This document shows, piece after piece, positions 1 to 15,385 of a stretch of 64,000 nt of DNA. This DNA is from Epiperipatus broadwayi (taxonomy: Eukaryota > Animalia > Onychophora), in assembly GCA_028023455.1 (NCBI GenBank), contig JAQFVV010000002.1, positions 23,746,001-23,810,000 of the forward strand. The letters are read 5' to 3'. Every line of letters begins with the position of its first letter. The first letter of the stretch is position 1. The position numbers and the translations under genes are program-made. The notes under the pieces were generated by a model. The model searched no databases. It saw nothing but the letters and a program-made list of their open reading frames with translations, and was not told the DNA's origin.

Positions 1-1670
1 TCAATGTATTCAATGTAATACGAATACGACAGCACAAATATACATTAAAAGAAGAAATTGACTCTCGTCAAGATAGGAATACTACATCTATTTGACGAGA
101 AGAGTAATAAAAGAAAAACTCCATAGGAAGGGACAGCGTTCTCCATCATTATCTCTTCCATAGGCAAAACGGGAGTATGCGGCATATACTAGCGATTCTG
201 CCTGTAGCGAACCTCGTACGACATCTAATTATACCAATATATCCAATCCATTGACCTAATTCAACTACGAAATGAATAACCTAAGATTACCCTCCCCTAA
301 TAAAACCTTCACAAATCTATATAGCCATTCACGCCCGACTTAAATTTAACATTTATATACTTTAGTTTAACGAAAAACAGAAATCATAGTAAAAACTTAA
401 AGAACAAAAAAAAAAAAAATGGAAATGATTTTACAAAAGAAATACATCAAATAAAAGGAATGAATAAATAATTTAGTTTGGTCAGATAGAAAATACTATT
501 GCGATAATTTCTGAAAGGTTTAGAATTTAGAGTTTGTTTTGAAAATGTTCATAAAGTTCTTACGATTTTTAAAACGTTCCTCTTTATCCGTTGCTTGCAA
601 TATTGAATGCGAATTCCCACGCCGTCCTGAAGAGATTTCTATCCAGTTAGCCATTTTATTTATTCATCTGGAGGTCTTATTTTGGCTGGACCTCAATGTA
701 GAAAATGATGTCATTTCTCTTTCTTTTTTTAGCAGAACTGAAGGGATTGAAGAGTGTGTCTTTTCAATCCCTTCTCCTTCAACTCCGCACTAACATGTAT
801 GACCACCGCTATCACACATCTCCCTCAGCTCTTTCTTCATTCACTCTTTATAGTAGACTTTCAGATCCAGTGATCATTATGTCACGGTGCTGGTGATGGT
901 CTTTTCGCTGAGGTCCGATTCCATGAGTGATTTCTTTTATTGGCCATTCTGATCCCATTGTTTTTCTCTCCTATCTGACCTTTGCTTATACATTTTAAAT
1001 GCCCAAGGGCTAGTTTACATTTAACTAATTAAAACAATCATTTCCATTTTATGATTAATTAATGTTTTTTCCAAACTTAAAGATATATTTTTATCTCTAA
1101 ATCTTTTTAAGTTTTTGTTGAAAATTTAGTTTTAAAACTTTTCCTTTTTTTTTAAAATAAAGTTTCGTCTAATAATTTTTTAATTTCTCATCTGTGCAAT
1201 TTTATATATTAGAGTTTAGATGATTTTTTTAATTTACAATTTTTAATTCTTAAAAAAAGAAGTTTTTATTTGCAAACTTTTATTTCTTTCATGTTTAATA
1301 ATAATAATAATAAAAAAAAAATGTAACGGCGGATGTGCCCATTACAATATGCTTATTTTCATATCAATAAAAAACATTTTCTATGGCAGTAATTTATTTA
1401 TTTATAAATATGTGTACAAATTAATTTATTTTTTTGCAAAAAATTAAAGATCATCTTTGAAATTTTATTTGGATAATAGAAATTTTTGAAAAGGTATTGC
1501 ACTTAATAATGTCAATGTTGTATTTTCTTTTTGTTCTAATTTTTAAAAATTAAAATTGTTGTTTCATTTATCAATATGATTTATATTATTTCATTATTTA
1601 GTTTGCTCAAGAACTTTTATTTTATGAATTAAAAATGAAGATATTTGTACATAAAATTCTTTGGTAATTA

Positions 1671-1888
1671 AACATCACATGATCACCATTAGATCATCCT
1701 AAGATCTAGATGCAGTGCTCTCAGATCCAAGGCTCCTCACTGACGAAGGCCACAAGCCAGAAACTAATCTGGGGATATTGGATGAGTAGGCACTAAATGG
1801 AGATTTTATGCACAAGCCTTCTGGCGGCATCCATTGATTACTCTGGATTACACTGAGTGGCAATACTGTATGGAGAGTTTTGCCTGTT
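1671..1888 (+). mobile_element. Family-1 hammerhead-containing non-autonomous retroelement (retrozyme/PLE pLTR-like), short copy with an inverted ~20-nt end
   Basis: Homologous to the 29.5, 40.2 and 44.5 kb copies. Flanked by a 14-bp direct repeat TTCTTTGGTAATTA (1657-1670 / 1889-1902). The left ~20 nt (AACATCACATGATCACCATT) is in the opposite orientation to the rest. Confidence 0.85.
1734..1775 (+). ncRNA. Type I hammerhead ribozyme (family 1), stem III weakened
   Basis: TCCTCA-CTGACGA-A-GGC-CACAA-GCC-A-GAAAC-TAATC-TGGGGA. Stem III reads ACTAAT instead of the palindrome ACTAGT seen in the other copies. Confidence 0.75.
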
Positions 1889-3979
1889 TTCTTTGGTAAT
1901 TATAAAGATGTTCATTAGAGCTGCCGGAGACTAAAGATGATTTGAAAAATGGAATTGTTTAGATAAGCAAACATATAAAATATATTTAGAACAGTTTATA
2001 AATGATTATCAATATTTTGAAGGGAAAATGCATTTTAGTTAAAGTTCAAGATTCCAAATATTAAGTAGTGAGTAAAATACCTTTAATCTAATCACACTTT
2101 GATTTACAAGTGCCAAATTTCCTTAATACACAATTATGACAATATCCTCTTTAGATAAATACTTTAATGATTATTAATAATCATTTATTGCCCTAAAGAT
2201 TATAAATCATATTTAGCTCCAAATATGCTTTAAATTTTAATTAAAGATCGATATACCAATTATTATTGAACTAACCTACATGTTATCATTAATTCCATTT
2301 CATTCCTCTTTTTTTCCTTGGGCTAATTTTACTTATAATATTGGTGGAATAGGAGGAATAAGTATATTAAATTTAACAATAATGGATAAAATTAAATAGA
2401 CAGAAATATTTACTGGTTTAGTACAATGGGAAAATAGGGCTTTAAAGTCATATTGACCTTTTGAGATGAAAATACAAATATATTAAAATGAGTTAATTAT
2501 TATTAAATTTTTATACATATAAAAATGTTAAACTTTTAAAAATTATAGATAATTTTATAAAATTATTTGGTATTTTATTTTATATGAAACAAATGAAGTT
2601 TCTAATTTTCCCCTTGTTTATTAAATATAAGAATATTATATAGTCATTCAAGAAAGTATATGCTTTAATATTTATTATTAAAAAAAACAAGTTTATTTAA
2701 TTTTGGCAATAGTATTTTAAATTCCAGCTTATTAATAGTCACAATGCAGTTTTAAACTATAGACTACTGCAAATACCACATTTACTTTTTTAAAGCATTT
2801 ATTGAAGACACAATTTTCATAACTTTGTATACATATTAATAAATATAAAATGTCAAATACTCCATAAAACTAATCAATAAAGCTAAAAAAGTATAATAAT
2901 TACTATAAAATAAAACTAAAAAAATTAAAAGTTATTAATTTTAAAATAAATGCTTTTTTTAATTATTTAAAACTATTCTACATAATATTTCCAAAAATGA
3001 TATTATAATACTTATTAATCATTATTTATAATAGTTTCTTTTTGTAAAAATAGACATCATTCATAGCTTTAAAAAAATGTAAATTTCTTTTCTAACAAAT
3101 AAAAATATTAGATTATATATTAATTTGTTTTCAGGTACTTATATTTAATAATAACATTGATAATGATATAAATCAAAATAAATTACTAACTGAATTTAGT
3201 TAATTTGTATACACATACATGTAAACACACATATATATTGTATATATTTATTATACAATCAATTTATTTTACAAAGTAATATTAAAAAAATGTAATTAAT
3301 ATTATACTGATAAACTTATTTTTTTATACAAAATAGTTTGCATCAAAACACATCTATAGGAAATGACATTTATGCAAGGATTCACCATAGCGATTATTAT
3401 CAATTTGTACGCACTATTTTGATTACAATTGATTATTCAGTATAATGATTGTGGGAAAAAAAAATCAATTTTTTTTTTTAAATTGCCATTTTCAAAATGG
3501 TGCACATCTTGTAAAATTGATGGCATCATAGGAAAGTGACTTTGTCATCCAAGAAAAATGGTGTCATTCATGCTAAAAATGTATAGTGCATTTTATCTAT
3601 TATACACAGTACAGTATTACAATATACAGAATATTGCTTATGAAATTAAATAAGACTAATGTATAGTACTTTAATTTATACCAGTGTCCTGGCAAGACAA
3701 TCAATATTCATTAATAACATATCCAAAATAAAGTTTAATGGCTACAAAAGTAAAAAAAGTGTTTATTCTCTACAATAAGTAATCAAAAGCCTATTTTGAT
3801 AGTGTTCAACAATCAAATGTATCAATATCATATTTTAAAATGTGTACATCAGCTTAAAACTGTATATTTATTTATTTTTATGGATTAAAATTCTTATTAA
3901 TAAAGTTTTGCTTGTGGCAAAACTTATGAACATTGTAAATGTAAAATCCTAGTTACCATAATTGCAAGTTATATTGAGA

Positions 3980-4560
3980 AAAAAATGATTTCATGCATGT
4001 GCAATTAGTAATCAACTTTATATGATTAAAGTTACTAAAATGTATGTATAAAATTTCATTTACTACACAGTATTTGCTTAATTTTAAATCATATCTTAAT
4101 TTGTTTCAGACATATTCAAGCCAAAGAAGCATTATTTTCAAACATAAAAAAATATAATGCTAAAAAAAAAAAAATACAAATTTCATTCAGCATAATACTC
4201 AAAATAAATTTTGGTTATATACTATATTATTAATCTTTAATTGTATACTATATTAATTAAAATATTCAGTCAACTAATTGTGAATTAAAATTTTTCAAAT
4301 TAAAACTGCTGTCATTGTAAATCTAAAGTATTTTCAGTATATAAAAAAAGGGAGGGGGGAAATGATTTCATGAATTATGCAATTAATAATCAACTTTATA
4401 TAATCAAAGTTATCAAATCTAAGTTAAAAATAATATTTGCTTTCTTGATTTTAAATCATCTCATAACTTGTTTCAAAACATAACCAAGACAATATGTTGA
4501 TATTATCACAAATGTAAAAAAATATAGTACTGAAAAAATATACAAATTTCATCCAACAAT
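3980..4560. repeat. Diverged direct repeat, about 370-bp period (third partial copy near 5650)
   Basis: ATGATTTCATG..TGCAATTA.TAATCAACTTTATAT..TTTTAAATCAT..TACAAATTTCAT recurs at ~3985 and ~4352. A shorter similar motif lies at ~5655, beyond the MITE. Confidence 0.55.
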
Positions 4561-4570
4561 TTTAGTAGTA

Positions 4571-5507
4571 CACCTGGGTCTCTTTTTATGTGGATTTATT
4601 TAACGCGATTTTGAAGTGTGATCCACATTTCTCCGGAAGTCGAACTTCGATAATGTGCTATTACTTTAAATAATAAATTTCGCGCACTTATGTCATATTA
4701 AAAGTAATAGCACATTATTGGAATTCGACTTTCATCTTAGTAATTTCAATATTTTCAGTGCTTTATAATGTAAGATTTTATGCAATAATGAAATTAAAAT
4801 CATGATTTCCACAATTTTATATATACACACATTAAATTTTACAAGATTATAATGTAAATTTGTTCAAACATTGTGCGTGTTAATTTTGCATTTTAAATCA
4901 CATTCTGTTTTTGCTTTTTAAAAAAGAATGTAATCAATTATTAATCATTTAGTGTCAGCAAGTTATTTTTAAAAGGTGAGTAATAGCAGTGGGCACAATT
5001 AAAATTAAAAAATTAAAGACAAAAATAAGAATTTAATTTTTAGTTGTTAGATTACTTACTAATTACATTGTCACCAGAAAACCATTAACACAACATGAAT
5101 GATATTGGTGCTAGTTGTATTTTCTCTTGTGAAGAATCTGATTTTTTACCAGTTTGCAAATGAACCTGTTTATCGGCAAATAACGATAATAATTAAAACG
5201 TGTATAAAAAATGTAAATTGCTGTACTGTAAATTATGCATAAAAATATATTGTTTCGAATAAAATTAAATATTATAGATAAAAAAAGTTTGTTTTGTATC
5301 AATTTTTTTCAAATTTGAAATTTTTTATTAGTCATATTTTATTTCCTTATTTTTTTTTTTACATTGGTGCTTTGCTTTTACTTGATTTTTGAAAAATCAC
5401 AGTCCGTATCCCCCCTTTTTCAAGGTAAGTTACGTCTATTTTTGCGTGATTTCGTTTGTGCATGTTTTCTGAGGAACCTATCTATCACGTAAAATGAGAC
5501 CCACGTG
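4571..5507. mobile_element. Non-autonomous DNA transposon (MITE), Tc1/mariner/pogo-type
   Basis: TIRs CACCTGGGTCTCTTTTTATGTG and (reverse complement) CACGTGGGTCTCATTTTACGTG, with TA on both sides. No long ORF. Confidence 0.7.
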
Positions 5508-8500
5508 TATATTAATAATTACTTTTAAATTGTGTATTGTAATACACATTTGCTAAAATTTTCAGTTGAGAAATCTTCATGAATGATAATTTCAGTGAAA
5601 TCAAAACAGCTATTGTCATAAATTTATTTTTGGTAAGAAAATAAAGGAGAGATATGATATTTCATGCATTATGCATTTAATAATAAATTTTTTAGGATAA
5701 AAATTCAATACAAATGGATTTAAGAACTATCATGCTTTTAATCTTTATTTAAATGACCGGTATTTCTGCGAGTATAATGTACTACATTATTCAAAATATT
5801 GTTAAGCCATTCCAAAAAAATACTACCATGCATAATAAAATGTAACATTTCATGCCATAAAAAAGACCACACAGCCAGAATATTTATATATAAAGTGCTG
5901 TTTATTTAGATTTGCATAGTATATACTGTAAAAAAAGTCTTAAATACTGATTACAATATACAAACGCAAAATGCATTAGATACATTTTTTTTTAATATGT
6001 CAGAATTTTTTTATTTTATTTTCAAAGTTAATTGCAATCAGGTTTTGGTAATGTACAGTTCTATAATTTGGTTACTCTTACAGTGACAATAAATAACAAG
6101 TCTTTATGGTCACAACAGTACAGTTAAGTGAAATATTATTAAGAATTGCTTTTTTAATTCTAAATAATTTCACATAAATAATATATGAGTATGAATTAAA
6201 AAAAAAGACACTTCAATATGGGCTTTTTATTTCACTGCAACGAGAAACAATTTTGCAGAAAAACACAAAAAATTGTCAATTGTGAGCTTACTCCCTTTTT
6301 CTTGGTAAAATTTTTCTGTACATTTGCATAATAAAACCATAAATTTTTTTTCTAGTGATGCTGGAACTTTTTTTAAGAGTTTACATCTACATATGTTTTC
6401 AACTAGAATCATAGCAACAATTAATACTACTGAACATTACATCACTTCTTCAATATATGGATCAAAGAATCTTTGCAATATTCAAAATATACTTCAACAA
6501 CAAATGCAACATCTTGTCAATACTTTGAATAGATATCAACATTGAAAAGCTGTTGCAATCACAAATGGAAGAATTAATTGACAAGAAATTAAAGCAACTG
6601 GATGAAAAAAAGAAATATAATAATAAAAAAAAAAAAAATCAATAATTCTGTAGAGAAAAACCCAGACTTAAAAAAATCATGAGGCCCAGCATTTTCAAAG
6701 AATTTGAAACAGAGTTAGAATACTCCACCAAACCTAAAAATGCCTTAAATCAATAAATGAGACTTTATAAGATGTTGTACAAAAAGTAAATCAAAGAAGC
6801 AAATCAATTTTCATGCTAAACTTTTTTTTCTAAAGATTCTCTACCTCTTTCAAAAACTCCAAAATCATCAAAGGATTTAGAAGATGATAGACCCTTAGAA
6901 TGAAAATGACTTAGAAAACTGGATAATGATGAGTGATGAACTATAAAAAACAACTAAGTGTTTTTTTCTTTTTATATAGATTTAAGTCACATTATTTCAT
7001 ATACATAATATCTACACACACATAACAACTTAAACATGCACATATTATACATTAGGAGATTTTTAAATTAATATATATATATATATACACACACACATAC
7101 ACTAGGCTGAATCATTTGTTAATACAAAATTTACAGATTATGGTATAATTTCTAGCCACAGTAATGAGAGAAATTTTTTTCCTATAGAAACCTATTATAA
7201 TCTGCTTTTTATATAATAATCTTGTTTTACAAAGAGTTTTGGAGAACCAATTGTCCTCACTTAGCAGAATAAAAACATTATTTAATTTGATATACTGTAA
7301 AAATGTACAGACTTATAATTATCTATCAATTAATTTTAAAAATCTAAAATATTAATTCTCCAGGCTTTTTTTTTCTATTAAAAATACAACTATTACAATA
7401 AAAATATATCACCATTTTGAAAACTACATTGGAAAGAGAGATAAATCATGTCGAACATGTCATACTATATGCCATCCATAGTGCATATCATTTTTTCCAT
7501 ACACTTTTTCACAGATAATAGAATTTTGGTTTCTAAATAATGGTGAGCTTACAGCAGGCAGTGGAATTGTTTAAATAGACAGTTGTCAAACTTCTACAAT
7601 TTAAATGTGTATGTTAAATTTTCAGTTGCACAAAATAGTTTGGAGGGTACTTTGGTATTAACCCACAAATATATAAAGTTTTAGCTATAAATGTATATTT
7701 TTAAATATAAAACTGTATTACTTACAAATGATGTAAGAGATCTATTTTATTATGGGAGCTAAAAAAATCACTCTGGTGAACTAAACCATTTAATATCTTC
7801 TAAAATGAAAAGGGTCAGTTTATATGACATGGATTGCTCATGCAAGGATTCTTGGTTGCCATGACATCATAAACGGAATCTTTGAATAAATATTACCGGA
7901 CATAAACATCACCGGAATAATACATCATACCAGAAATAATACTAAAGGATCATTTGGAGTAATTAATTGATAAGGCAAAATGTTGATTTTTAAAAAAATA
8001 ACCCTAATTATTTTTCTTACAGCAAACCTATAAATCTATTGTCAAATGAAACTTTTACTGAATATAATTTTAATAAATAATTGGCCAAGTTAATGCATTA
8101 AGCAACCAATGCACAAAAGACAAATATAACATTTTGGAGAAATATAATTTTCAGATTTGGGTACACTGTCGATTTTGTCATGTAAATGGTTATATTTGAG
8201 AACAACATATATAGAAAAAAGCCACCACTACCTTTTGAGAATTTAGAGATTTGCTGGATAATTTAATTAAAGTATTATACAGATATTACTAACATGCAAT
8301 GTTTAGATGTCTAAAAACGGAAAATACTTTAAATCTAATAAATTATGAAAGATATAAATTAATTATTCAGAAAAATAATATTGTAAAATACAATAGATAT
8401 ATAACCGCCTACAAAGCATATAATCTTATTACTTGTTTTTAAGAATAACAAAACTAGAAATTATTTTCTTTCTATTTTAATACTTAACAAAACCTAATTA

Positions 8501-11099
8501 TTCTCACCTGCAGTTTTGCAATTATGATGTAATTTAAACGAATTTAATTTATTACCATAAAATCAACTCATATTTCCTGGTAACAATTTATATTAAATAA
8601 TAAGGAATTTAATTAACAATTGTTTTTGTTTTTTTTTGTTATTGAAGGATATTTAAAAATTACAAACATCTTGTAAATATAAAATTTCATTTTCTAAATC
8701 GAAAGATTTCGTGAGTACTAATGTATAATAGGAATTGTGGACTTAATCAATGAAGTACTGAATAGCTTCACAATCTCAGATCTAACCGCTTCAGCTTCAC
8801 CTATTTATATAGAAAGTAGGTTGAAGTAAAAAAGGGGTTCCCCTCTTTTCTTCCAATGTGTAAGCTTGTGGTTAAGACCTGTAGATGTCCCTACCTTAGC
8901 ATTTTCAACCGCACATGCTTTAGGTTTGCTGCCTTAATAAATATTAAAATGAATCAGATAAATTATTAATTCATCTTTAAACTTTCAGATTTAAATAAGG
9001 CTTTTTGTCTAAAAAATATTAAAGTATTCCTCATTTTATTTTTACAATGACAGTATTATAATAAATTGCTATAATTCATTCATTTAGGTTTTTTTTTTTT
9101 AAAAAAAGATGTTAGTAATGGCTTCTCTTCTTTTCATGCTATGTTATTCTATTATTTTATTTACATCCTCTTTTGAAAATAATAATTAAAAAACTATTCT
9201 CACTGAAAAGTTCATTATTAATTTCAATGCAGTATTTTTAATCAGAGCTTGGTTCAATAATATATATGCTAAGTTATTTACCTGGTGTCAAATGAAGCAA
9301 TTAGGCAGTAGAGTACTATGATAAGTAATAACATTTGATAATCGTTAGAGGTAATTTGTCATTGCCTGCAACACTTTTAACACAATTTATTTTAACATTT
9401 CAATTTTGGAATTAAATTACAAATTTTAATGAGTTCTTTATATCATTAAGATATATAATTAAATATGAGATTAGTTTTATTAAAATTTATGCTCACACTT
9501 ATTTTTAAAGTAATTACATTTAATCTATTTATACTTGAAAATATATAACTTGGCAAATATATTCCTGATTACGATTAAGAGAACTGTTAACTTTCAAAGC
9601 CTTAATTAAAATATGGGGAGAGGGGTGTTAATGGGTAAGAAAAAGGACAAAATAGATATGGTGAAAAAATATTGAAGGGTGAATGATGAAAAATTATAGA
9701 ATTAACGTTTGTGGATTTCATAATTTGTCACTTTTAATTTGAAATCTTGTGACCTGAAATATTAATCGGTAAATGCATTAAAAATTTCCAAGAAAATAGC
9801 AAATATTAAAAATAACAATAAAACATGACTAGTTTAGACAATAATGAATCGTATTATACGATAATTTAGAGGGAGAATAAAATTTAATAAATAAGGCAAG
9901 AATACTTTCAATGCGCTAGCATCACAATCATGGTTATCAAACAAAATTATATTTTATACTTTCAAATGCCTTTATTTGTGCCTCAAGACAATTCAAGAGG
10001 CATAAGTTTTACAATGCAATCAACAAGAATCATTACAAAGAAATTTAGGGAGTGTCGGCGCGTGTCAAGCGCATCTGCACCCATACACTTGATTCAATGC
10101 ATATGATTTTGAACATTCAAGTATAAATGTATGGATAGGTGAGTGGGATATTAATAGTTCCAGAAGTGCAGTGACACAAAATTCACCTGCCCTTCCAGAA
10201 TTACACACATAAACCCAACTTCTTATGCTGAAATTATTGTTCACAAAACTGTCCAATTATACATGTCCATTTCTCCATTAGTTATTTGGAGACAAAAATG
10301 TCGTTATATTAACAGCAATGTTACACTTTCAGAACACTTCTATTCGTGTCTCATTATTATTTGGGATTTAAATTATGAGTATAATACTAATGTGTTTAAA
10401 GTATACCTGGTTTATTTATTAATTTTATTTTTTATTCTCTGTTGCAGTGATTTAATATTATATATATACATATTTATTTGTGGGAGCTTTAGTGTTATTG
10501 CATTACTCTATCATGTTCTAAGTTCCTGAGTAGCGCCCCCCCCCCCCCACACACATTTTGACATTTGTATGCAAGATAGTTCAGTACTTAGATATTCTTA
10601 TCCAACGGGTCATGTAATTTAAAAGAAAACTATAAAAACAGACAATTTGCAAAGAGTTTTGCTCTGGGTAAGCTATTTAAGTCTGTTATTGTATTATTTA
10701 TCATTTAATTTGATAAGTTTTCAGTTTTAAAAGTAAAATTAAAAACAAACCATTGACTTATTTCCAGATGATTATTTTGTATGAAATTAATCTAAAATTA
10801 TTATTAATGGTTGAATATCATTATTTCAAAATGCTTGGTTCTTGATCTTTTTCGGATTAATTTTTATAAATGTGAAGAAAATCACTCAAATAATTTACAG
10901 CACTAAAAAGAAAAATAATTTAAAAAAGTAGGTTAATTTATTGCTTTAACCAAATCATTAATTAAAAAAAAATAAATAAACAGAATTAATTGAACAAATT
11001 AAATTTCTTGGTAAAATATTGTTTAAAAGAGATTAAAGGGAAAAAAAAAGAACAAAATTAAATCGAATTTATTAAACATAATTTAATAGTAAAAACTGA

Positions 11100-11320
11100 T
11101 TTATCATTATTTTCAATAATTTTTGATCCTGATGGTCTCTCCAACTTTAATCCAGTGTCTTTGACCATAGTTTCTCTTTGTTGCAACGCACTAGCAAATT
11201 TCCTTATTTCCTCCATCTTATGTGTGGTCTGTTTCAAGGTCTTTTATCATCTCTTGGGATCTAATTTAAAGCTTCAATTATCATCCCTTTTAACAATATG
11301 TCCAGCCCAAATTACTGTTT
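11100..11320 (-). mobile_element. RTE-clade LINE 3' remnant
   Basis: Minus strand reads W-A-G-H-I-V-K-R-D-D-N, followed by a decayed GRP..RW..EI-type RTE C-terminal region. Frameshifted. Confidence 0.6.
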
Positions 11321-14300
11321 AGAAAATGAATAATTAAAGAAATTTTGTATTGCATACATGAGAAACAATGCTAGCGAATTGCCACTTATTATGGGACATT
11401 ACTTTGAGTACACAAACTGATGTGAAGATATTAGGATATTATATGTTTTGCTGTCATTGATTTTCAGAACATTTTGAGGATAAATGCTTAGATGAGAATT
11501 GCAAACTTTTCACTTTTAGATTTCATAAAGAACTGAAGATCAATAAGGAATCAATGGATCTGATTTTTTTAAACAATAAATTACACTACAGAAATATCAT
11601 ACAAAAATGATAGAATATTGATTCACCTCCATGAGAATAAATGTTCGTGCACAAAACTGACCAATTTTTTTTAAAAATTCAACTTTCTCACGAAAGAGTT
11701 TATCTGCTGTCAGTGCCTATGCTTGATAAATCATAATGGAAAATATAAAAATGACCAGACATAAGAACAGTAGTATCTTCTTGTTTTGAAAACATGTTGA
11801 ATGAAGAATTGCAATTATTTGCTTTATATTTCTGAGAATCATTACATATCATAAATATTTATGTAGAATAGAAATAAATAAGTTTTAATCTTTTTTTTAT
11901 TTTTTATAATTTAGCTTTTTTGTAAATGAATGCACTACGGAAATTATAATTTTTTATATAGATTTTACTATGATGATTTAAATTTTATGTTCAAATATTA
12001 ACAATTTTTAAATTCATGAGTTATGCAAAAACAATATTCAATCTATAATTATAACATTAACTACCAAAACAATGTTAAAATTACAGTTAAACATTCTTTA
12101 AAAAAGATTGAGATAATTTTACAAAAAAATAACCTATTTTCAAGAAGTCTATTTTTTTTTATTTTTAAAAAATCCCAACTTCATCAGTTGTTTAGTTGTG
12201 CTTAATATAAATAATAATCATATGATACAAGTAGCTTATTTAAAAAAACGAAAAGACTACAAAATGAAATACAATGCATAAGAGTAACGCTTTTAAAAAG
12301 TTTTTCTGACGGTCAGTTAATTGTTTTTTTTTTTAAAACATCAGTACTTAATTTGCAGTTTTTCTTAGACTCAATAAAATATATTTTATTCACACAGCTC
12401 ACATACTGCAAATTAAAACATAAATATGTTAAATAATGAAGTTAAATGCTTGGTGCAATTTAGCATAGTGATAGGTTACCCGACTTAGAGCTCTAACTTC
12501 TAGAATTGATTCTCATTATATAAAAATCTCAGCCCTGGTTAACTAAATGAAACTATATGATGCCAATCTGCCATTAGGGTGTTCTCTCACAAACATTTTA
12601 CTTTTAGACTACTTTTTTATTAAATAATTTTCACTGATTTTTTTTTTTGCTAGTATATTCTGCTTTCCTTGCATACAAGAAGCCTTTATATAAAGATTGA
12701 CCATAGAATTCAGAATCAATTTGTACTCATTATTTTGATTAACAATCAACTATTTGCTAAAGCAAGGACTATTGATTTCATAGAATATTAATATCAGAAA
12801 AGCAATACCATTCTCATAAGATAAAATGACAACCCATCCTCAAATAAGTACTGTGCAAGATTACATAATTAAAAACAAACTTACATGATGTACAATAATA
12901 AGGTGCAATTATAGTAAATAAAAAAGACTTACTTATTAATTTTTATTCAGTATTATTGTACTGCAGTTTGTAATCAGATTTCTAAAATATATAAAGGCAA
13001 ATAAAGATTTCATGATAGTTTAAAAGATCCCTGCAAAAAAAAAATATTAATTTTATTCACTATGTAATTAATAATAAACTTTCACTATATACATTAAGTA
13101 CACTAAAAATAAATTGAAAAATGTATACAGTATTTGAAATACAAGTTTTGTTTAACTAATTTTTATTTAATATTCTCATCCTAATAAATTTTTTTCTGTT
13201 CATTCCAAGACAAAAATCCTGCCCCATAAGAATAAACAATATTAGCAAAAAAAAAAAAAAAGGTTTTAACCCTCCTGTACTATGCTAGCATTCTGATAGA
13301 TTTCTTTGTTCTCATTTACTTTAAGCTTTCAACTTTCACTCTAATATTAAACTATTATTATTTATTAGAATATAATAAATTTGACCTCATTTGAGACATA
13401 TTTTTATTTAGAAATTAAATAAAATTTAAAAAAAATCTAAAGTGCTATTTCATCATCAAATTTCAAGTGTAGCAGATTCAATTTGCAAAATAAACGAAAT
13501 CTTCTATCTTTGTTTTAAAAATCTGAACAATTTATTTTTAATTTCTAATAAATCTATCAATTTATACGTTAAAAGTTTAAAATATTTTTGTAATTCTTAT
13601 GATATTGCTAAATGTTATAACAGACTATTTAATAATGACATTTCCAGATAGTTATATTTCTTGCCACCGTAATCTCTATAGTAACAATATTCAGATGAAG
13701 ATATTCTTTTTATATTTAAAAATAAAACATTTCTATAAAAAATAAATATGTAATAAACATTTTTGATTTCCAATAATTGTTACTGAAATTATTACAAAAA
13801 TGATCATAAACATTCCAACAAATCAAGTTTTTAGACCATCATAATATTTTCTTGAAGTAATTAATCTCATAAACTTTGAGATTGCAAAATACACAATAGG
13901 GACCCATCATTGGAAACTTTGATGACCTTCTTATTTGATTATCCTGACATCTTTTGAATTTTTTTGAAATTAAAATATTAAAAAAAAATATATGAGAATT
14001 TTAAAGCTGTGAAAAAAAAAAAAAAAAATGGTTCACAAAATTTCTCAGTAGAGATGAAAAATGCAAATACAATTTCTTGACTTCTGGCCAGAGAAAGTTT
14101 TGTAATTAAAAACACAATGTTAACTCATAGTATTAAAACTCAGTAACCAAATGTATATTAATAAATTTAATTAGATTGCATTTTTGTATAAAATAAAACA
14201 AAATTGCAGACTGTTAATTTTTAAAAACAATTCTGCAACAAAAAATAATAAAGTTTTATTCATTAGATAATTACAAAAACAAAAAAAAAACCCCATTGAT

Positions 14301-15097
14301 AACAAAGTTTATCAAAAATAAATTAAAAACTTATTTTTTTTTATATAAATGCTTCACTTTAATTTAATGAATTGTGTGATTCAATAAAATATCAAATTAT
14401 AGATCATAATTATTTCAAATAGGCAACTTTTTAAAAACTATTAGTAGAAAAAAAATCATAGCAACTGAAAAATAATTATTCGGTACTCATCTTATAGCTA
14501 AAGATGCCATTCTATGGCGCAGTTTTCGCGCCAAAACACATAAAAATGCTGTTTCCGTAGCCGACACGTTCGAACCCGTGTTTTCTATAATACAACTTTT
14601 TTGTTGTGCTACAGAATGCAGGCCACTATGTCGTGTCACAGTACAGCATGTATGTCGCATCGCAGCAATTACATTTTCCGAATTTGCACAGTTTATAAAA
14701 TAGTTACGGCTTGATGAGAGAGTTTGTATTTGAATTGGATGGAAATGTTATTTTCATTGGATTTTTTTTTATTTTAAAGTATTGAAGTTTTAATTGGGAA
14801 AATGTTAATATCTATGTTTTTAGTGAGTTGCAATTAGGTAACGCGTCAAGTAACATACTGTTCGTAACATTCCACGAGACAAAGAAGAGCGGTACCAAAA
14901 AATATACAGTAAGAAAAGTACAAATATACACGATTTTTTGTAAATTTCATAAAAAGCAAATATTATAAACATGGTTAATAAGTAAAGAAGACATTTATAT
15001 GTGTTTGTTGTTGTTTAAAAAAGTTTGAGTTTCTTTACTTTGTCCGAGTACGGTTCCGATTTTGAATTTTTTTATTTTAGCATTACAAACAACAGAA

Positions 15098-15170
15098 CAT
15101 TAACCCTAAAACTAAACCTAATCCTAAAACTAACCCTAAACCTAACCTAACCCTAAAACTAACCATAACA
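15098..15170. repeat. Degenerate telomere-like (AACCCTAA/CCTAA) array inside the MITE
   Basis: TTAACCCTAAAACTAAACCTAATCCTAAAACTAACCCTAAACCTAACCTAACCCTAAAACTAACC. Confidence 0.75.
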
Positions 15171-15256
15171 ACTTATACTTTTTATTGTCATTCTATTTGA
15201 AGTAAAAAATATCCGTAATATCTTTTTTTACTTAAACAACAACAAAAAAAATAGTC

Positions 15257-15385
15257 GTAACACAAGTAAAAAAATATCAGATAGAAAATTGATAAAAAAA
15301 AGCTGTAACACAAGTAAAAAAATATCCGATAGAAAATTTATAAAAAAAAGCTGTAACACAATTAAAAAAATATACGATAGAAAAA
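15257..15385. repeat. 48-bp tandem repeat, ~2.7 copies, inside the MITE
   Basis: GTAACACAAGTAAAAAAATATC.GATAGAAAATT.ATAAAAAAAAGCT starts at 15257, 15305 and 15353. Confidence 0.9.

Noticed and set aside
539-990. ORFs 539-793 and 705-896 and the GC-richer start of the window as a host gene
   Set aside because: No recognisable protein in any frame and stops in all minus frames. Possibly a decayed LTR element, but I could not find a diagnostic motif.
6324-6950. Q/K/E-rich decayed reading frame
   Set aside because: Multiple frameshifts and stops, no identifiable family.
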